Source: Raillietiella orientalis
Taxonomy: Eukaryota
Assembly: GCA_036172245.1 (NCBI GenBank)
Contig: JAYWIR010000014.1
Coordinates: forward strand, 868,001-932,000
Length of the DNA stretch: 64,000 nt
Direction: 5' to 3'
Numbering within the stretch: position 1 is the stretch's first letter; each line of letters begins with the position of its first letter. Of this stretch, positions 37,101 through 50,459 are shown piece by piece. The translations under genes were made by a program, and so were the position numbers. The notes beneath the pieces were generated by a model, which made no database searches, was not told the origin of the DNA, and saw nothing but the letters and a program-made list of their open reading frames with translations.

Positions 37101-39239
37101 GAGACCAAATGCCTCTGGATTCTTGGACACACAGAAGAATGCTATCTGCAGTTTCGAAGTTTCGAAAACGAGTCACAACGAACTCACAGCACGTTTTAAA
37201 ATCCTCGAAGAACGACGGTAATTCACTCGAAGACATTCGACCAGAAATATATGAATTTTTGTGAAGACAGAATACATCCGAAGCTTCCGTGATGCATTTC
37301 AATACTTCAGAATGGGGAAATATTTCTGAGCAACCAAACAGCTGAGAGCAATTTGAAAGTGAAGAAGGCTTGCCGGGGGAAGGCTCTTGTGTTTACCCTC
37401 GTACCTCCGAAATTGCCACTATCAACAGAAAGACTTGAAAGAATCATCAAATATCATTCGGTGAGATTTGGGCAAGCTTTCCGAGCTCCAAATGTTCGAT
37501 CGAGATGTGTTCCTTGCAAACAACCAATAGATTCTTTCGATTCTTTGTTTGCAGCATCCTTGTGTAGAAAAATTGTCTCAGCTTGACAAACAGGAGAAGT
37601 CCTGGAGTATTTTCATTGTATTCGATCAGTCAGCACAAGAATTAAATGCACCTCATCTTCATTTTACAAGCTAATAAGTTAATGCAATTTAAGATTTGAA
37701 ATATGATTATAATACCTGTAATGATAACTATGGACTGTTTTACCAGTGAACAACATTTGCCAGAAAGCGTGTGTTCTGTTTCTCCTAATGATGCTGAAAG
37801 TCTAATATGGGCGAACAGAAAACTTCAAAAGTGAAACCCGATGAGATGCGTCCAAATATTTTAGCCGCTTCTCTTCGGTAGTAGGAAGTGCTGTGGTGAT
37901 TTTATCAGCTCTCTTTAAGAACCTTGTCTGGTGTCGATCGGAATAACAAAGAATCATTCCGTCTGTAGACACTTCCTTGTTCTAGACTTGCTTCAAGACA
38001 AAAAAAAAAAAGGGTGTACGCATAACACTAACACTAGTTCTTTTTAAGGAGCCAGGAGTTTATGTTTTGGGCGCTACTGATCTCCAGTTCAATCTTATTT
38101 TCCAAGTACTTCGTAGGAATTATTTAAGAACACATTTGAAATGCGAAAGAAAGCTTCAGTCTGTCTTTTAACTCCTTGGGTTCCTCTCGTGTACTCGTTC
38201 CTCTTGCTTGGGCATCCTTTTGAGATGGAGCAAAGAATTCTCCAGAGTGTATTTCAATCGAAAGAATTTTTTCCGGATTCAAGGATTCCCTTGAAATTGA
38301 ATTCCCGTTCATGGAGGATCTCGAATTTTTCTGCTTGTCTTTCCAAGCACGAAAGTCTCCAACAGCGTCGTTTCCTAGTAGACCTAAGTATTCCTAAAGT
38401 TTGACGTTTAACTTTACGTAAGGAACTCCTCGGTGACATTGTGTCAGAAAATTACAAGAAACTTCAACAGAAGAAAATGAAGATCATCACTTCTACGTAG
38501 CCAATGCACCGCAGTTTCCAGAAAGACTACGCGAAAATGAAGACTTCCGACAATTCCGGAACTCCACAGGCGTGGCAATGAAAAGATACTAAGACATCAG
38601 AGCGGACTGCTTTACAGTGTATAATTGCATTCGATACAAGGAGAGGGTTTGCATGTCCCCTAATGAAAATGAAGTCTCGCAATACGTGCTTAAATTATTC
38701 GAAAGCATCTTTGGTAGCAATTTGGTTTAAAACTAAATAATGGAAAATTTTCTACATTCTGAATTTTCTCCAGTTTTGTAACAGACCGTTTGTTATGGTT
38801 ACCACTACAAAAATGGTCCATGTAAAACACACGCGCACACACACACACAGATGTTGCATTCGTTTTTGATTCAATTCAAAAATTTCCGAACGGAACTTTT
38901 CCCTGATCAGGTATTCGATTCCTGGGCAGGATCTTGAATGCTTGTGCTGGGAACACTCAATCCACAGCGAATCCACGTCATTTCATCCGACTGACAAATC
39001 CCTCCTCTTGCCACTAATTCATGACGACATGGCATTATGGATTTGTGTCATATACACATTGCGTTCGCATTAGCAGGGATTATAACTCTTCCTACCTACA
39101 CACGTTTTGCGGTATCGAATGAAAATTTAATGTTTCGAAATTTGCGGAAAATGACACGCATGGTGCTTGCGCAAGCGTATGGTATTTGGTATAAGGGATA
39201 ATGGAGTTTCTTAAATCTGCTTAAATCAGGTTGTACGTA

Positions 39240-39600
39240 CAGAGTCAACTGGGGTGATTACGAGGAGGATGTGCACTTTTTGCGACCTTAGGATTCAAGT
39301 GGGAGTCCTAGTTACGAGGCTCGCTGTCACTTGCTGAGGTGCTCACCATCGCTTGCTCCACGGTTTCAAATTCTTCGGCGAGAGATCACCAGATGGAATC
39401 CCGTCTTCGCATGAGCGCGGACGCATGCATGTGTTACTAGTGTGAAAGCTACCATTCCAGAAGTCGAGAGGGAACATTTTCTTTCTGCATCTTCCTGCAG
39501 AAAAAAAAAAAGTTTCATATTCAGAGTCTTCGAATTTTCGACTTTCGTTCCTTCTTACCAGAGATGACCACACAGAGAACTTCACGCCATACCTTCATCT
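39240..39600 (-). mobile_element. Possible highly decayed Tc1-like transposase fragment
   Basis: RYGVKFSVWSSL...SEYETF...WNGSFHTSNT...PSGDLSPKNL loosely follows the Tc1 order G...VWG.I...Y..IL...DNA..HTS...SPDLSPIENLW. A TA-CAG end-like sequence lies at 39238. Confidence 0.3.
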
Positions 39601-41962
39601 GTTTGACTTACATAATGGCACCTTCGGAAAGAAAAAAGGCACAATGACCAAGTTTCATGATATGCGGTCATCGCTTCCAGTTTTATTCCATGGCCCCCTA
39701 ATCAACCACAGAAGAGAAAAGGCGTCAAAACTGCTTTTCATCAAAGCTACGACAATGAACTGCCCGGGCAAATTAACAGCATCAGATCTTGAAACGAAAC
39801 CATGCATTCATAAAGATGGTCGTAAACGAAACGACTGAATGGCGACACAGATCGAGAGACCTACCCTGAAACACTGGGAGTAGGTAGCCGTCAACCAGAG
39901 TGTTCCGGAAACAGACCCAGTGCTTCAAGACGAGGAAAAGACAGTCGCACAGGTCTCTTCTCCTAACGAGCTTTCAGCGCCGCTGGAAGAGGAAAAGCCT
40001 ACGGAAGAACGAGAGCCAGGATAAGGGACTGGCTCCCTACTCCAGAGGAGTGTTCAATACTGTAGTAGCAACTGAAGAATCCCTGGGATCTCGGGAATGG
40101 GAAAATGGAAATTTCCAAAAAGCATGCTGAGCACATCAGGGGAAAAAAGTGGAGTTCTTAAACAGTATGATTCTCGGGATATGCATTAGAAGCACTGGAT
40201 GATTCTCGGAAGCACCTCCCGTGATGCGAGAACTCTGAATATCTCAGGATGAGTTGAAGAGAAGAGAAAGGCAAAGGAAATAGTGGAAATTCTCTTATTC
40301 ATCCGTTCTCATCCCTTTCTCAACATGATCCTATTTACAAAATTGAGTAATGGGAATGTTGCTAGCCGTTCTGAGCTGTGGGTTACAGACGCATGAGCCA
40401 CCGGAGAGGAGGAAAAAATACTCGACAAAGAAAGTTCGTCCATGGAGCAAAATGCCTGGCTGCTCCTGTTTGGCGAGAGGAGGATCTTGGTTGACAACCA
40501 GCTCTGGTTTCACTTTTTAGAGAGCAAAGTAGTGTAGAAGACAATCAAATAATCAGGACTCTGTAACAGCCCTGCCTGGAGTCATGATCTCGTAAAAAGA
40601 CGTGCAACCAGACACCGTTCTGCTTTGTAACATGTCATTCTTGCGATAGTTGAGCAAGAATGCTCGTGCGATCCTGTAGATCATTGAGAAGAGAGCATTA
40701 CCTAAGTGACCCAAGAGTGATAGGAACGTTCTGGTTGACTGATTTGTTGGTTCGTCAATCGGATCACGACTTATGTGAGCAATGCTTTGCTAGTATTCGC
40801 AGTTTCCCTTTGTGAGGTTTTCCTGTTTTCCTTGCAGAGAAGCCGGCGATATCAATGAGCGCATTCTTGGTGGTTGCAGAGTCCAAGGGTGCAGTGAATC
40901 CATCGAAAGATGTGGAAGACGCCAGAAAAAATCCATAGACTGAACTGATGTGCGGTAGGTGATGGTCTCTGCAAGGTAAACCGCGAATTTGCACTTGCAA
41001 CAGATGATGCGAAGGATAGTCGTTTGACATCAGCTGGACGGACTCTTAGCCGATGATGAAGTAGCAAAGCAAAGAAGCCCAAACCGGCAATATCTGAACA
41101 AATTCCAAGGTTACCTCATTTCCAGCACAGTCTTGCAGGAAGAAGGTTCTGAAAAGCTGGATTTACAAGAGGCATCCTCAAGATAGGATGTCTAGAAGCC
41201 ATTTCAGAATTATTGCCCCTATTGCACAGCCGTGGATGTATCGCACAGCTGTGCAATAAGGACCGTTGAAATATAGGGATCTCAGCAGGATTTCACTGAC
41301 ATTAGGCAATGGAATGACCTCACCACGAATGTTCCTTTTTTATCCGGAAGCTTTATTCGAGTGAAACCGCCAAGTCAACGAGCATCCACTCTCTGCAATC
41401 AATCGGAGACTGAAGGTGTAAAAAAATGATTTTAAGAGTGGAATCCCAGGTAGTGTTCGGCACAAGCGTTGCAGATGAAAATGATGTTTTTCCGGTGAAT
41501 TTTCCTGGAATATCAAACCTCTCATCCTTGTCTTGTCTTTGAAAAAACTACTGTTTCCAAAACTGAGAATCTACTACGCACCTCTGCATCTGTGACGAAG
41601 TCCACGCAGAAGGTTTGGCATTTGAGAACCCACGCGGAAGTACGACAGCCACCTCAGGTACGGTTTGAAGAAGAGAAAATGCACGTGTTCATCGTGATTC
41701 ATTCACGTCTCTGCAGCGCAGATGGAACCAAAAGCATCGACAATCATCCACGTTATGGAAACTGTTGGTTTCCTGGTGCAAGAGGAGCAAGGAGTGCAGA
41801 ATTCTCGAAAACCGTCCATCAGCACGTAGTTTTAGGAGGAATCGGAGATGCAGCCCCTCGAAAGGCACATTAGGATCTCATTTGTTGAAAAAGAAGAAAA
41901 AACAACGGCAACGAGCTTTCCTCTCCCTGACTCCCTTAAAAAAAAAAAAAAAAACTAAACGC

Positions 41963-41968
41963 TTTATT
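41963..41968 (-). terminator. Probable polyadenylation signal of the sAC-like gene
   Basis: AATAAA about 60 nt after the TAA stop, followed on the minus strand by a long T run (41954-41938). Confidence 0.6.
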
Positions 41969-42027
41969 TCTCAAGGTGTGGTGATGCCGTAGTCTTGAAT
42001 CCATCCAGGCTCTTTCACTCGTGTTCA

Positions 42028-42180
42028 TTAGGTTTCAGACGCGGTTTTCTTCTTAACTTTAGGAAAAGCGTACAAAATTTTGTCTCCCTGCTCTCTCAGC
42101 GCTTGTTGATAGGCAAACGCTGGATCTTCGATGTTCCTCAGCCATGCATTTTCTTGAGTGACGTCCTTTGATTTCCAAGT
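42028..42180 (-). CDS. ADCY10: ADCY10/sAC-like soluble adenylyl cyclase, terminal coding exon (not in ORF track)
   Basis: Acceptor tatttgttgctag|ACT, phase 0. Encodes TWKSKDVTQENAWLRNIEDPAFAYQQALREQGDKILYAFPKVKKKTASET*. It continues the W.......W pattern of sAC C-termini and is followed by AATAAA. Confidence 0.75.
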   Translation of the reverse strand, partial: TWKSKDVTQENAWLRNIEDPAFAYQQALREQGDKILYAFPKVKKKTASET

Positions 42181-43874
42181 CTAGCAACAAATAGATCGGC
42201 TCACTACAGTCGTAAGGATGAAACAGCGGGGTTCAAAAATCACGAGAAACATCTTTTGGACAATGCAACGCCATTAGGCTTTGTCTTGCGGTTCGTGCAG
42301 ACTCTTAATACAATGACGACCCGGTAGCGATACATGCACGGCTGTGCAATAAGGACAATAATTATGAAATGGTTTCTAGGCATTTGAGTGAGGACGCAGC
42401 AGGCAGTTCGTATCGGAAAACATAGAGCGAGAACACGAGTAGCACGAGAAATTGAGCCAAGCACTGGTATTTATAGTGAAAACATACAAAGAATGAGCCG
42501 AAAACAACAAGCAAATGAAGAAAAAAAAAATGTTCAGAGAAAACTGGTGAACTGGTTACAGTGACATAAAGCTCGCTAAAGTGTCCCTCCACATTCAGAA
42601 TCGAAATTTCTAGCTACCCAGGTGCGTTAGTCCAGTTCGTTGGACCAAAAGGGGGAGAACAGTTGCCCGTTTGAAAATTTAGAACTGAGTAATGCTATTG
42701 TTTTTCAAGAGACGCTGTCCCTTGCAAGAATCGTTCTCACACTTGGTACTTCTCAAGGTTTCTCTCCGGGATGCTTAAAATTTGCTCTTCCGTAGGATTC
42801 CACCCTTCCGGGGTAGAGTGGAACACACACTGAAAAAGGATTGCTGCTCTGTTCACGTGTTAACGGGGTAAGTGGTTTTGCAAGGCACTTTCTGGCACAG
42901 TACAGTTTAGATGATGATTGCAAATGCTGCGGCAATAGCGAGCACAACCCTCGGTCTGCACGGATGGGCAGACCCGTCAGAACAGGAACTGATGCTGCCG
43001 TTCTTGCCTTGCCAACGTTGTCCATCTTGCGGCATGGTGTAGATGCGAAGCACGGCGAAACCGGTGGTGGGAGGACACGCAAACCGTAAGCCAGCACTCT
43101 GCCCTTCCATACCCCGTACAATGAGCACGTGCAGGAGCGGTCATCTTTTCGGCCTCGAAAAATTGACAGGAAAAATTCATTCCTTCGCCAGTCAAACGCT
43201 AATTTCTTTTTTTTACATTTGCATATCAAAATGAGCAACAACAATTTTAATTAAATTCATGGAACGCAAGATGGCAATTCTCTGATCACTTCTGCAGTCG
43301 TTTTCGAAAACGATGGCTTGTGTAGTGTCATATCGGGTGTTTCGCGATCTCTCTCTCTCTCCTTTTCTGTGTTTTTTTTTTTTTTGTCTCCCTTCTGTAG
43401 AAGAGCCATCTTCACCGGATAATTCTAATCCTTTTCAAAGGTCAGTTCCCGCTCTTTGGAGTCGGTTTACCTGATTGTTCGTGTCAGAATAGATGCCTGA
43501 GTACGCATCCACGTACTCGTGTGTACGTTTGCGCAAAAATCACAAGCTGGTGATTTTTTTTAGTAAATTTTCAAGAAAGTGGACTTGACGAAATTCATGT
43601 CGCTTAAAGCGGTTGAAGCTTTCCATTAACTATCGAAAACGCACGTTCAAGGTGAGTAACAAAGGAACGTGTTTCACTTTGTTCACTGTTTGGTCAGTCA
43701 TGTTTCGGCACAGTTTAAGTCCAACTCGACAAGGCTCTTTCCTGTTAGACAAATGTTGAATAAATGAATCAGGAAGTCTGTTTCAGTGGCATTCTGAGAA
43801 GCCTCAGTTAAAATCTCATGCATATCAGTTGCTCTGACTGGGCTTGTCATTCATCTAAGAGAATGGTTCGATAC

Positions 43875-44013
43875 CTTGCAATTCATTGCCATCCATCTCT
43901 CCTCCAGTTTGTTGCTTTGTTCCCTGCAAAACTTGCGGCAAAATTGCAAACTTTTTTCCAATTTCTTTTCGTCTTCAAGGATCACGAAATAGTAACTCAG
44001 AAGATGGTAGAAT
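43875..44013 (-). CDS. ADCY10: ADCY10/sAC-like, penultimate exon (not in ORF track)
   Basis: (R)FYHLLSYYFVILEDEKKLEKSLQFCRKFCREQSNKLEERWMAMNCK resembles mammalian sAC PRLYHLMAY...QGNILEKCWLNMN. Acceptor cattccag|A (phase 2), donor AAG|GTATCG. Confidence 0.85.
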
Positions 44014-44058
44014 CTGGAATGCACATCTAAGAAGGAACGTCAAACTACTTCTATTGAC

Positions 44059-44561
44059 CTGGGGTAGAGTCCGCGATAGGAACGAACGTCGCCGCTTATG
44101 GCTTTCAGTAAGAGATAAATGTTCTCCTTACAAACATTAATTTGCTCTTGATCGTCCAGGTCAGATGAATGAGCATACATAATCAAATAGGCTTCCAAGC
44201 AGTTCAAAAGGCATAATATGGAGAAAATGTTATAGGATTTTTTTGACATTTGAGATGCACAGTACTCGCACCACTTCAAGGAATTCACAAAGTCCTTCTT
44301 TCTTGCATACCATCGAGCTATGTTCGATCCCAGGTTCAATTGGGCTTTGTTGCGATAGTTGGGTTCGACTCCTATCATAGTCGAAGAGAAATGTAGACAT
44401 GCATCGAAAGTCTCGAAAGGAACTCCAGAATCCAAATGGATGGAAAGACAAGAAGAATAATACCAGGTGGTTCCTTCTGTATTATTGGAGTACACGCTGT
44501 CTTTCTTGAGTCGGTTTAGAACTAATTTTGTTCTTTCAATCTCCAAAATCCATGTGAGAGC
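44059..44561 (-). CDS. ADCY10: ADCY10/sAC-like, helical/TPR-like exon
   Basis: Acceptor ttttcaacttttag|GCT. 503-nt open frame ALTWILEIERTKLVL...TTWYYSSCLSIHLDSG...NIARWYAR...GLYPR. Donor CCCAG|GTCAAT (phase 2). Confidence 0.88.
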
Positions 44562-46388
44562 CTAAAAGTTGAAAATTTATGTTATCGGCATGTGATCTGA
44601 GAAAGGAAAGAGGGGCTGTCCCATACCGTTTGATTACATGCAAACGAGAAATCATATGCTCAGAACGTTAGAACTCAAGTAGTTCACGAAAATCATCACG
44701 CCGCAAAATTGTATCGGAGGAAAACAATTTTACGGCCTTCCACATTTGCATGTCCTCAGGACGTCATGAAACATGGAAACGGATCTTTCGCAAATGATCA
44801 GAAAACTTCGTACTGCTAGAAACGGAAGTAACAGTGAAGGAACTACTAGAAAGCATCAATGGATCTCGGAACGCGCAGTAAGTAATCCGTTTAAAGATTC
44901 AACACATGTATTTCCTGAGAAACTGAGTGTTCTATCTTCCCGGATGTCTATTGTTGTGTTTGTGAATGTGTTTGTGAGGCAAATCCCTACTGTTCAAAAG
45001 ATGGATTACCTTTCAATACAAAAGGCACGAGTTTGGTCTTTGGAGAAGTCATCAGCTCTTCTACATAACAAGCCTCAAGATATATCTCCAGAGCAAAAAC
45101 AAAACTTGCTTGGCCATATCTGAAAACTCTCCTCACTCTGAAGATGGTACGTGCACTCTGTGGCAGCGAGCAACTTTAGTAGTATTCATGCGCAGGTCAT
45201 ATTACAGGAAGCACCAGGCGAGAACACGAAGTAATGTGAGGAAATTAATAATTTTCAGAGCCTCTCCATTCTACCCAAGATCTAGTCTGATGAAGGATTC
45301 GTAGGGACTCTGCAACTTCGGAGGCAAAGTGATCTTTCTTAACGGAATTATCCGTGGAAGTGCATCCAACATTCCAAATGAAATAAAATAAAAATGTACC
45401 CTTAAAAGAATTTGCTCCTGTCGAGCTCTACCGTCCAAAGCACAATCCCAAAAGCAGCTCCCAGCTTCCTGTACTTTCCTTGAACTACGGTAATTCATTC
45501 AGCAGACACGACCTCGCCACGTTATTGTGCTTGCTCTACCAAGGAGGAATCGCCGCACGAATGCAATAAACGTATTGCACTCAGCAGATGAAATCGATAT
45601 TTTGAAACAAACTTTAAAAATCTGCGAAACACTTGAGTTGATGCTTCCACGAGAAAGATTAAAAACGAAACAGAGTGCTCTTCAAGACGGAAACACGGAG
45701 ATTGAGGACAGAATTCCGAAGACACGAAGATGCAACGAGGATCGCGATTATCAGAGCCTTTAGGAAGAGGTGATGGGATCAGAACGGTCCATACACATTC
45801 TCGTAACTCATAACAGAAACGCTGAAGTGATTACGTTCACAACAGCAGCTATTGCAAACTTTTGCTTCGGCGTTGCATAACGAACAGAATGGACACGGAA
45901 TGCGCAGACCAGAAAGCGATGGGGTACTCGCCTGCCGTGCCAAAGTATGAGCAGAACATCCAGGCACTCGCCAAAAGTACGAATCTGAAGGAAAATCAAA
46001 AAGAAAATGGTGACGAAAGTTAGTCGTACAATCAACCAAAGAACCAAAGGAATCGAATAAAGGTAGTTAACCCGAAATTTGTGACGAGAATATTGTCTGA
46101 AGCATGGAATTTGAAAACTTGGCATTCTATAATATTGTGGAAATTATAAGTAAAGGAGTTATCGGTAAGATGAAGTTCCTAAGAATTTTGAAAAGGAATA
46201 GTTACAGCGAAGTTTTGATTTTTGCATCTCTAGAAGAAGGAATTCTCCTTGGATCTGAATGAGACCTAGAATATTTCTAGGACACTAGGAATGCAAGGAA
46301 CTAGGCGAGAATCTACTAATAGAAAGGAATAAATCGGACTGTTCAGCTGGGAACCACGAAAATCACCAAACAGGGAAATCTCTATGAG

Positions 46389-46525
46389 TGCAGAACTCTG
46401 GCAGCGCATCTAGCGTCTGAAATGAAACCATAATAGCCAATGAGAGTGTTCTCCATCTTTTACTGGACTGAGAGGTCAATGCAAATGAGAAACAGGACGG
46501 GAATTATAAGCATGGAGTCGGGTTT
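46389..46525 (+). mobile_element. Degenerate RTE-like LINE apurinic endonuclease fragment (intronic)
   Basis: Across frameshifts: CRTLAAHLASEMK, IFYWT, GNYKHGVGF. These resemble NVRTL...LA.EM.RY ... FYWSG ... H.HGVGF of RTE-type endonucleases. Confidence 0.45.
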
Positions 46526-49500
46526 CACCCTGTGAACAGCAAGTCCTATTATACAGAAACGTTCTTACAAGTTGTCCAAGAACTCACCGTCACAGTGCAG
46601 CGTGATTCGTTTGAACTGGTGAATGGAACAGTTGTGGACTAAGCACATTTACAGAGGAAGACAGGCAGAGCTCCGAGATAATGGAAGCTGAGTTCCTAAG
46701 TTAGTGAGTAGGGTTGAGGAAGGGAGAATGGGTAAGCAGTTTGAATCGTGCACCTTGACTGCCCAAAGTACCAGCTGTTAGGTGACAGTTTGGCGATGAA
46801 AAACGAGCTAACTAGTGTTGGGGAAGGGACGAGAATGCGACTAATTTAATGCATCGGAAGAGTGCAAAAGAAAACTTGAAATCTATGCTTATTCACACAC
46901 GACGGTGAAACTATTAGACTAGAAGCAATCCCTTCTTGAACGATCTGGTGAAGAATTAATAATTGATTTTTTCCTGATTTGTTCGAAATGCTATGCAAAA
47001 ATAGAAAAGCAAGAAACTCATTAGCAAATTGAGAGTGTCAGATTGTTAGATAAAGTGGTAGTTTCCTAGTAGCAGAGAGAGAGAGGGAGGGAGTGAATGA
47101 GTGATTGGAACGTATCGTGAACACTGAATAGGAGGAATCCATGACGGAGAAATGAGAGTGCGCACGATTCTGCAGCCAACAGCTGGGCGCACGACACAAG
47201 AATTTCCCACTGTACGAGTTTCACAAGAGGTTTCCATGTCTTGCTTTGCAAAATGAAAAAAAAAAATAAAAATAAGCAAGAAAGGAAACGGAAGGCGCTC
47301 TCATTTTTGTTGGAGAAAACGCGCGCTCGACACCGTTTGCAACTGCAGCAATGGTTGATGGACTCTTTTCCACCGAACGCATAGAGCAATCGAGATAAAT
47401 GAAATTGCATATGCAATTGGTTCCCGTTTCCTTTTTGATTCTTACCTCTTCCACTACTCTGTATGGCACTGCTATCCGTATGCTTTCCTACTCTCTCGTC
47501 CAGATGTCACAATACTGAGGCTGGTGCATTTGCATGCGGTCGTGAGCCCCAGGAATGTTTAATGGCAGAAGAACATCAATGCAGAACGTATAGACACTCT
47601 AAGACGTACTCACAAGGTTTTATTAGCATTGACTGTTGAAAAAAATTCCCTATAAGAGACCTGGGCATCTGACAACCTCGTGCTAATAGCCGCTTATGAC
47701 CTAATCAGAATTTGCAAGGAAGAAGCCTTTCGACTAAGTGGAAAACATCTTCAACATCAGCTGAGAAGCCAGGAAACCAAATGGAGAGAGCTCACACGAC
47801 TTCTCAGAAAGGCAAGAGACAAAAGCGAACATGCATAAAAGCCCAACCGAACGCTTACGCGATGTGACACAACAACCAGTGATTCCAAGGAATCCGTATT
47901 GCTGTAGTTTGTGGTAAAATTCCACACAAGCTAAACCACTTAAAGACACATCCGTTTCGTGATAATTGGAATAAATTCACAGGTTCAGAGTCACTCGGAC
48001 ATGCCGATGATGCAACACAACACGAGTTCCTGTTAAAAGTTGCAATCTTTGTTCGAAAGAAATGAAAACTTACCTCTTAATCGCCAGTTTTTAATCCTTT
48101 CGATCTAGAATCCAGGATACAAAACCTTGCTAGATTGGATGTTTGGAGTGTTTGCACGTGAAAGCTATTTAACAAGTTTACTGTACAGTGCGAAGCAGAT
48201 CGTAAAGGAATCATTTGTCACGAAAGTAATTTCAAGACGGATTGCAGTGATGTGAGAAAACATGCGATAAGCACACTCGGAAAGAACAGCAACCTAAACA
48301 GAGTTGGGCATCCTTTCGATTCCTCAACCAAACCACCACCTTTCAAATCTTTCGAAAGGATGATTCGACATAAGCAAGAATGTAATCGGAAAAATCTCGG
48401 ATGATCATGTGGCAGATAATAGCACGGATTATTCCTAAATTCAGACTAGGATTCATTGTAATTGTTCGTCGCTGCAAACTCATCGGATTTCAAGCGATCG
48501 TTGCGAATATAAACTCCACTAAAGAACCATCAAGTCTGAGTGGACATGATCTTCCACAGCTAACTATTCTAACGTTCGGATGTAAAAAATCTCACACTTG
48601 GATGCAGCACGCTGATCAAATCAAACACTTGGATTGAAATTTCCTCGGAATGAATTTTATTTTTATTTGTTCTTTTTTTTTTTTTTTCATCATTATTTAC
48701 TTGCGAATAATCATTTTTCAATTAAGAAAAATGGAAAATTTGCTTTTCCTGTTTTCATGAAAACTTGATGGCATTCCTAATGATTAGTATATGAGCAATT
48801 CCTAAGCTACAAGGTTTTAAAATAACGAAGACAACGATTTTCTAATAGAAGGTGGAAATTAATGATGATCCAATATCTTCCTAACATTTTTAGACTTGAA
48901 CTCACGAATTGAACTTAGGGAGTAAACCCATGGAAAACAGAGGAGATAGGTGTGGTTCTCCTGAGGGAAGTCAAAACCCTACAAGGCTCTACTCATTATG
49001 AATTTAGAAAGCGGTTTGCTATTCAGATGATTAAAACAAGACTCCAATAAACTGATGCGAAGGTCCAAACACCATGGAGACATGACTCAGGAGTAGAATT
49101 TACTGGTGAGTATTCAAGTTTTTGATTTGCAAACTGAGAATGCAACAAAATAAATGTGAAAGTAACTGGGATAGATTAATAATCAGGATAATGCAGATGA
49201 GGAAAGGAGAGCACAAGATTCCTTTTTCAGCCTAAGTGAGAGTTCACCGACTATCAAAGCACTATTCACATTCTTTGTTTGAAGATTCCATTCGATTTAA
49301 CATGGTTAATTTCGCTCAGAGAGAAGATGCAACCCTTCTAGCCGTCGAGAATAAGAGAAGATTTCAATAGAGTTTTAACGACTGGAGCAAGCAAAACCAA
49401 TACGGTCAAAAAAGTCCTCTACATTTTCATGAATCTTTTTTGTATATCAGAGGAAATCAAAAGATTCATTGATACAATTTCGGTTTGAATACCGAGAGAA

Positions 49501-50203
49501 AAGCCTGGATAGAGAAACTGAAGCAGCTCCTTTCTAAAATAATTAAAGGACAAAATGAACGGACTGAAGCAGAGTTAATGAGAAGATTGCGATTAATAAG
49601 TTGCATTTCATATCTTTTGATAATTTACAAGCTATCTTATGTCTTATCTTGAGAATTGGAGTGGTGACATTTAGGTGAGGTGATAGCATAAGGAATAATT
49701 CAAGCGACAAGGAATTTTTGAAACCCCAGTTTTTTCATCTTTCACATCGACAAACTGCTGCATTACATTACAAGCTGCTAATCGGTTTTCTCTCCAATAA
49801 TAGAAACAGCAGCTTTCGGATTTCTTTGTACAGCTACTTCTACCAATACGGCAGATGAAACGCTGTTTGGATCGCCGATGAGCGCAAAAATCGTTTAATG
49901 GTGGGATTGGAATCGCGCGATTGCCGAAACTTTTGATACCCGTGAGCTGTTTTCTTTCCGGTTTCCGGAAGAAAATCTTATGAACGTGTAATGTTTCAAG
50001 CACGGGTATTTCGTAAATTCACTTAGGTTCGTGGAACTCACTGGTTCCAAGAATGAGAAGTAAAGAATAATGAAGTTTTACTGTGCAAGTCTACGCCAGT
50101 GATTCCAGAGTTCGTTTCCGGTTTGAGGATTTGTAAGATGAAGGAGCGAAAGTACGAATGGAAAATGAGGGCTTTCGTGCTTCAGTTTGTAGACTATGCA
50201 ACT

Positions 50204-50241
50204 AATCTGTTACTCTGATGCCACCATCAGAGTAACAGATT
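50204..50241. repeat. Perfect 17-bp hairpin, 4-nt loop (intronic)
   Basis: aatctgttactctgatg-ccac-catcagagtaacagatt. Confidence 0.95.
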
Positions 50242-50459
50242 GTTTGCTTTCATCCTCTTTTATATGAAAGCCTCATATAAACGAAAATCTCTCTTTTCTT
50301 TTATATCGAGGGGATTTCCCATTTGCAGGATGAAAAAGTGATCGAAAAAACAGTGATCCCATCACACAGCAACGATTTTAAGTCAAGGAATTCGCAGTTG
50401 GGCCTTGTCTTCATGCAATCCCATTAGACCTGAAGAAAAATGGAATGGAAAGGAAATAC

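Larger units (their letters stand above)
41192..42379. repeat. Inverted repeat pair, 53-bp arms at 41192-41244 and 42327-42379 (48/53 identical), enclosing the terminal sAC exon
   Basis: ctagaagccatttcagaattattgcccctattgcacagccgtggatgtatcgc versus the reverse complement of the right arm, ctagaaaccatttcataattattgtccttattgcacagccgtgcatgtatcgc. Weaker similarity extends about 20 bp outward. Confidence 0.9.

Noticed and set aside
37290..37480. hAT dimerisation-domain-like peptide (CPNL...ILSSLSVDS) on the minus strand
   Set aside because: The diagnostic ERSFS motif is missing; similarity too weak to call.
44362..44372. Perfect Pol III B-box GGTTCGACTCC
   Set aside because: Lies antisense inside an sAC coding exon, with no A-box or cloverleaf.
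50430..50459. 30-nt GT...polyY-CAG|GT segment after the 50460 donor (micro-intron or recursive splice site)
   Set aside because: Too short for normal splicing, followed at once by a stop, and the regenerated donor GTCTAA is poor.
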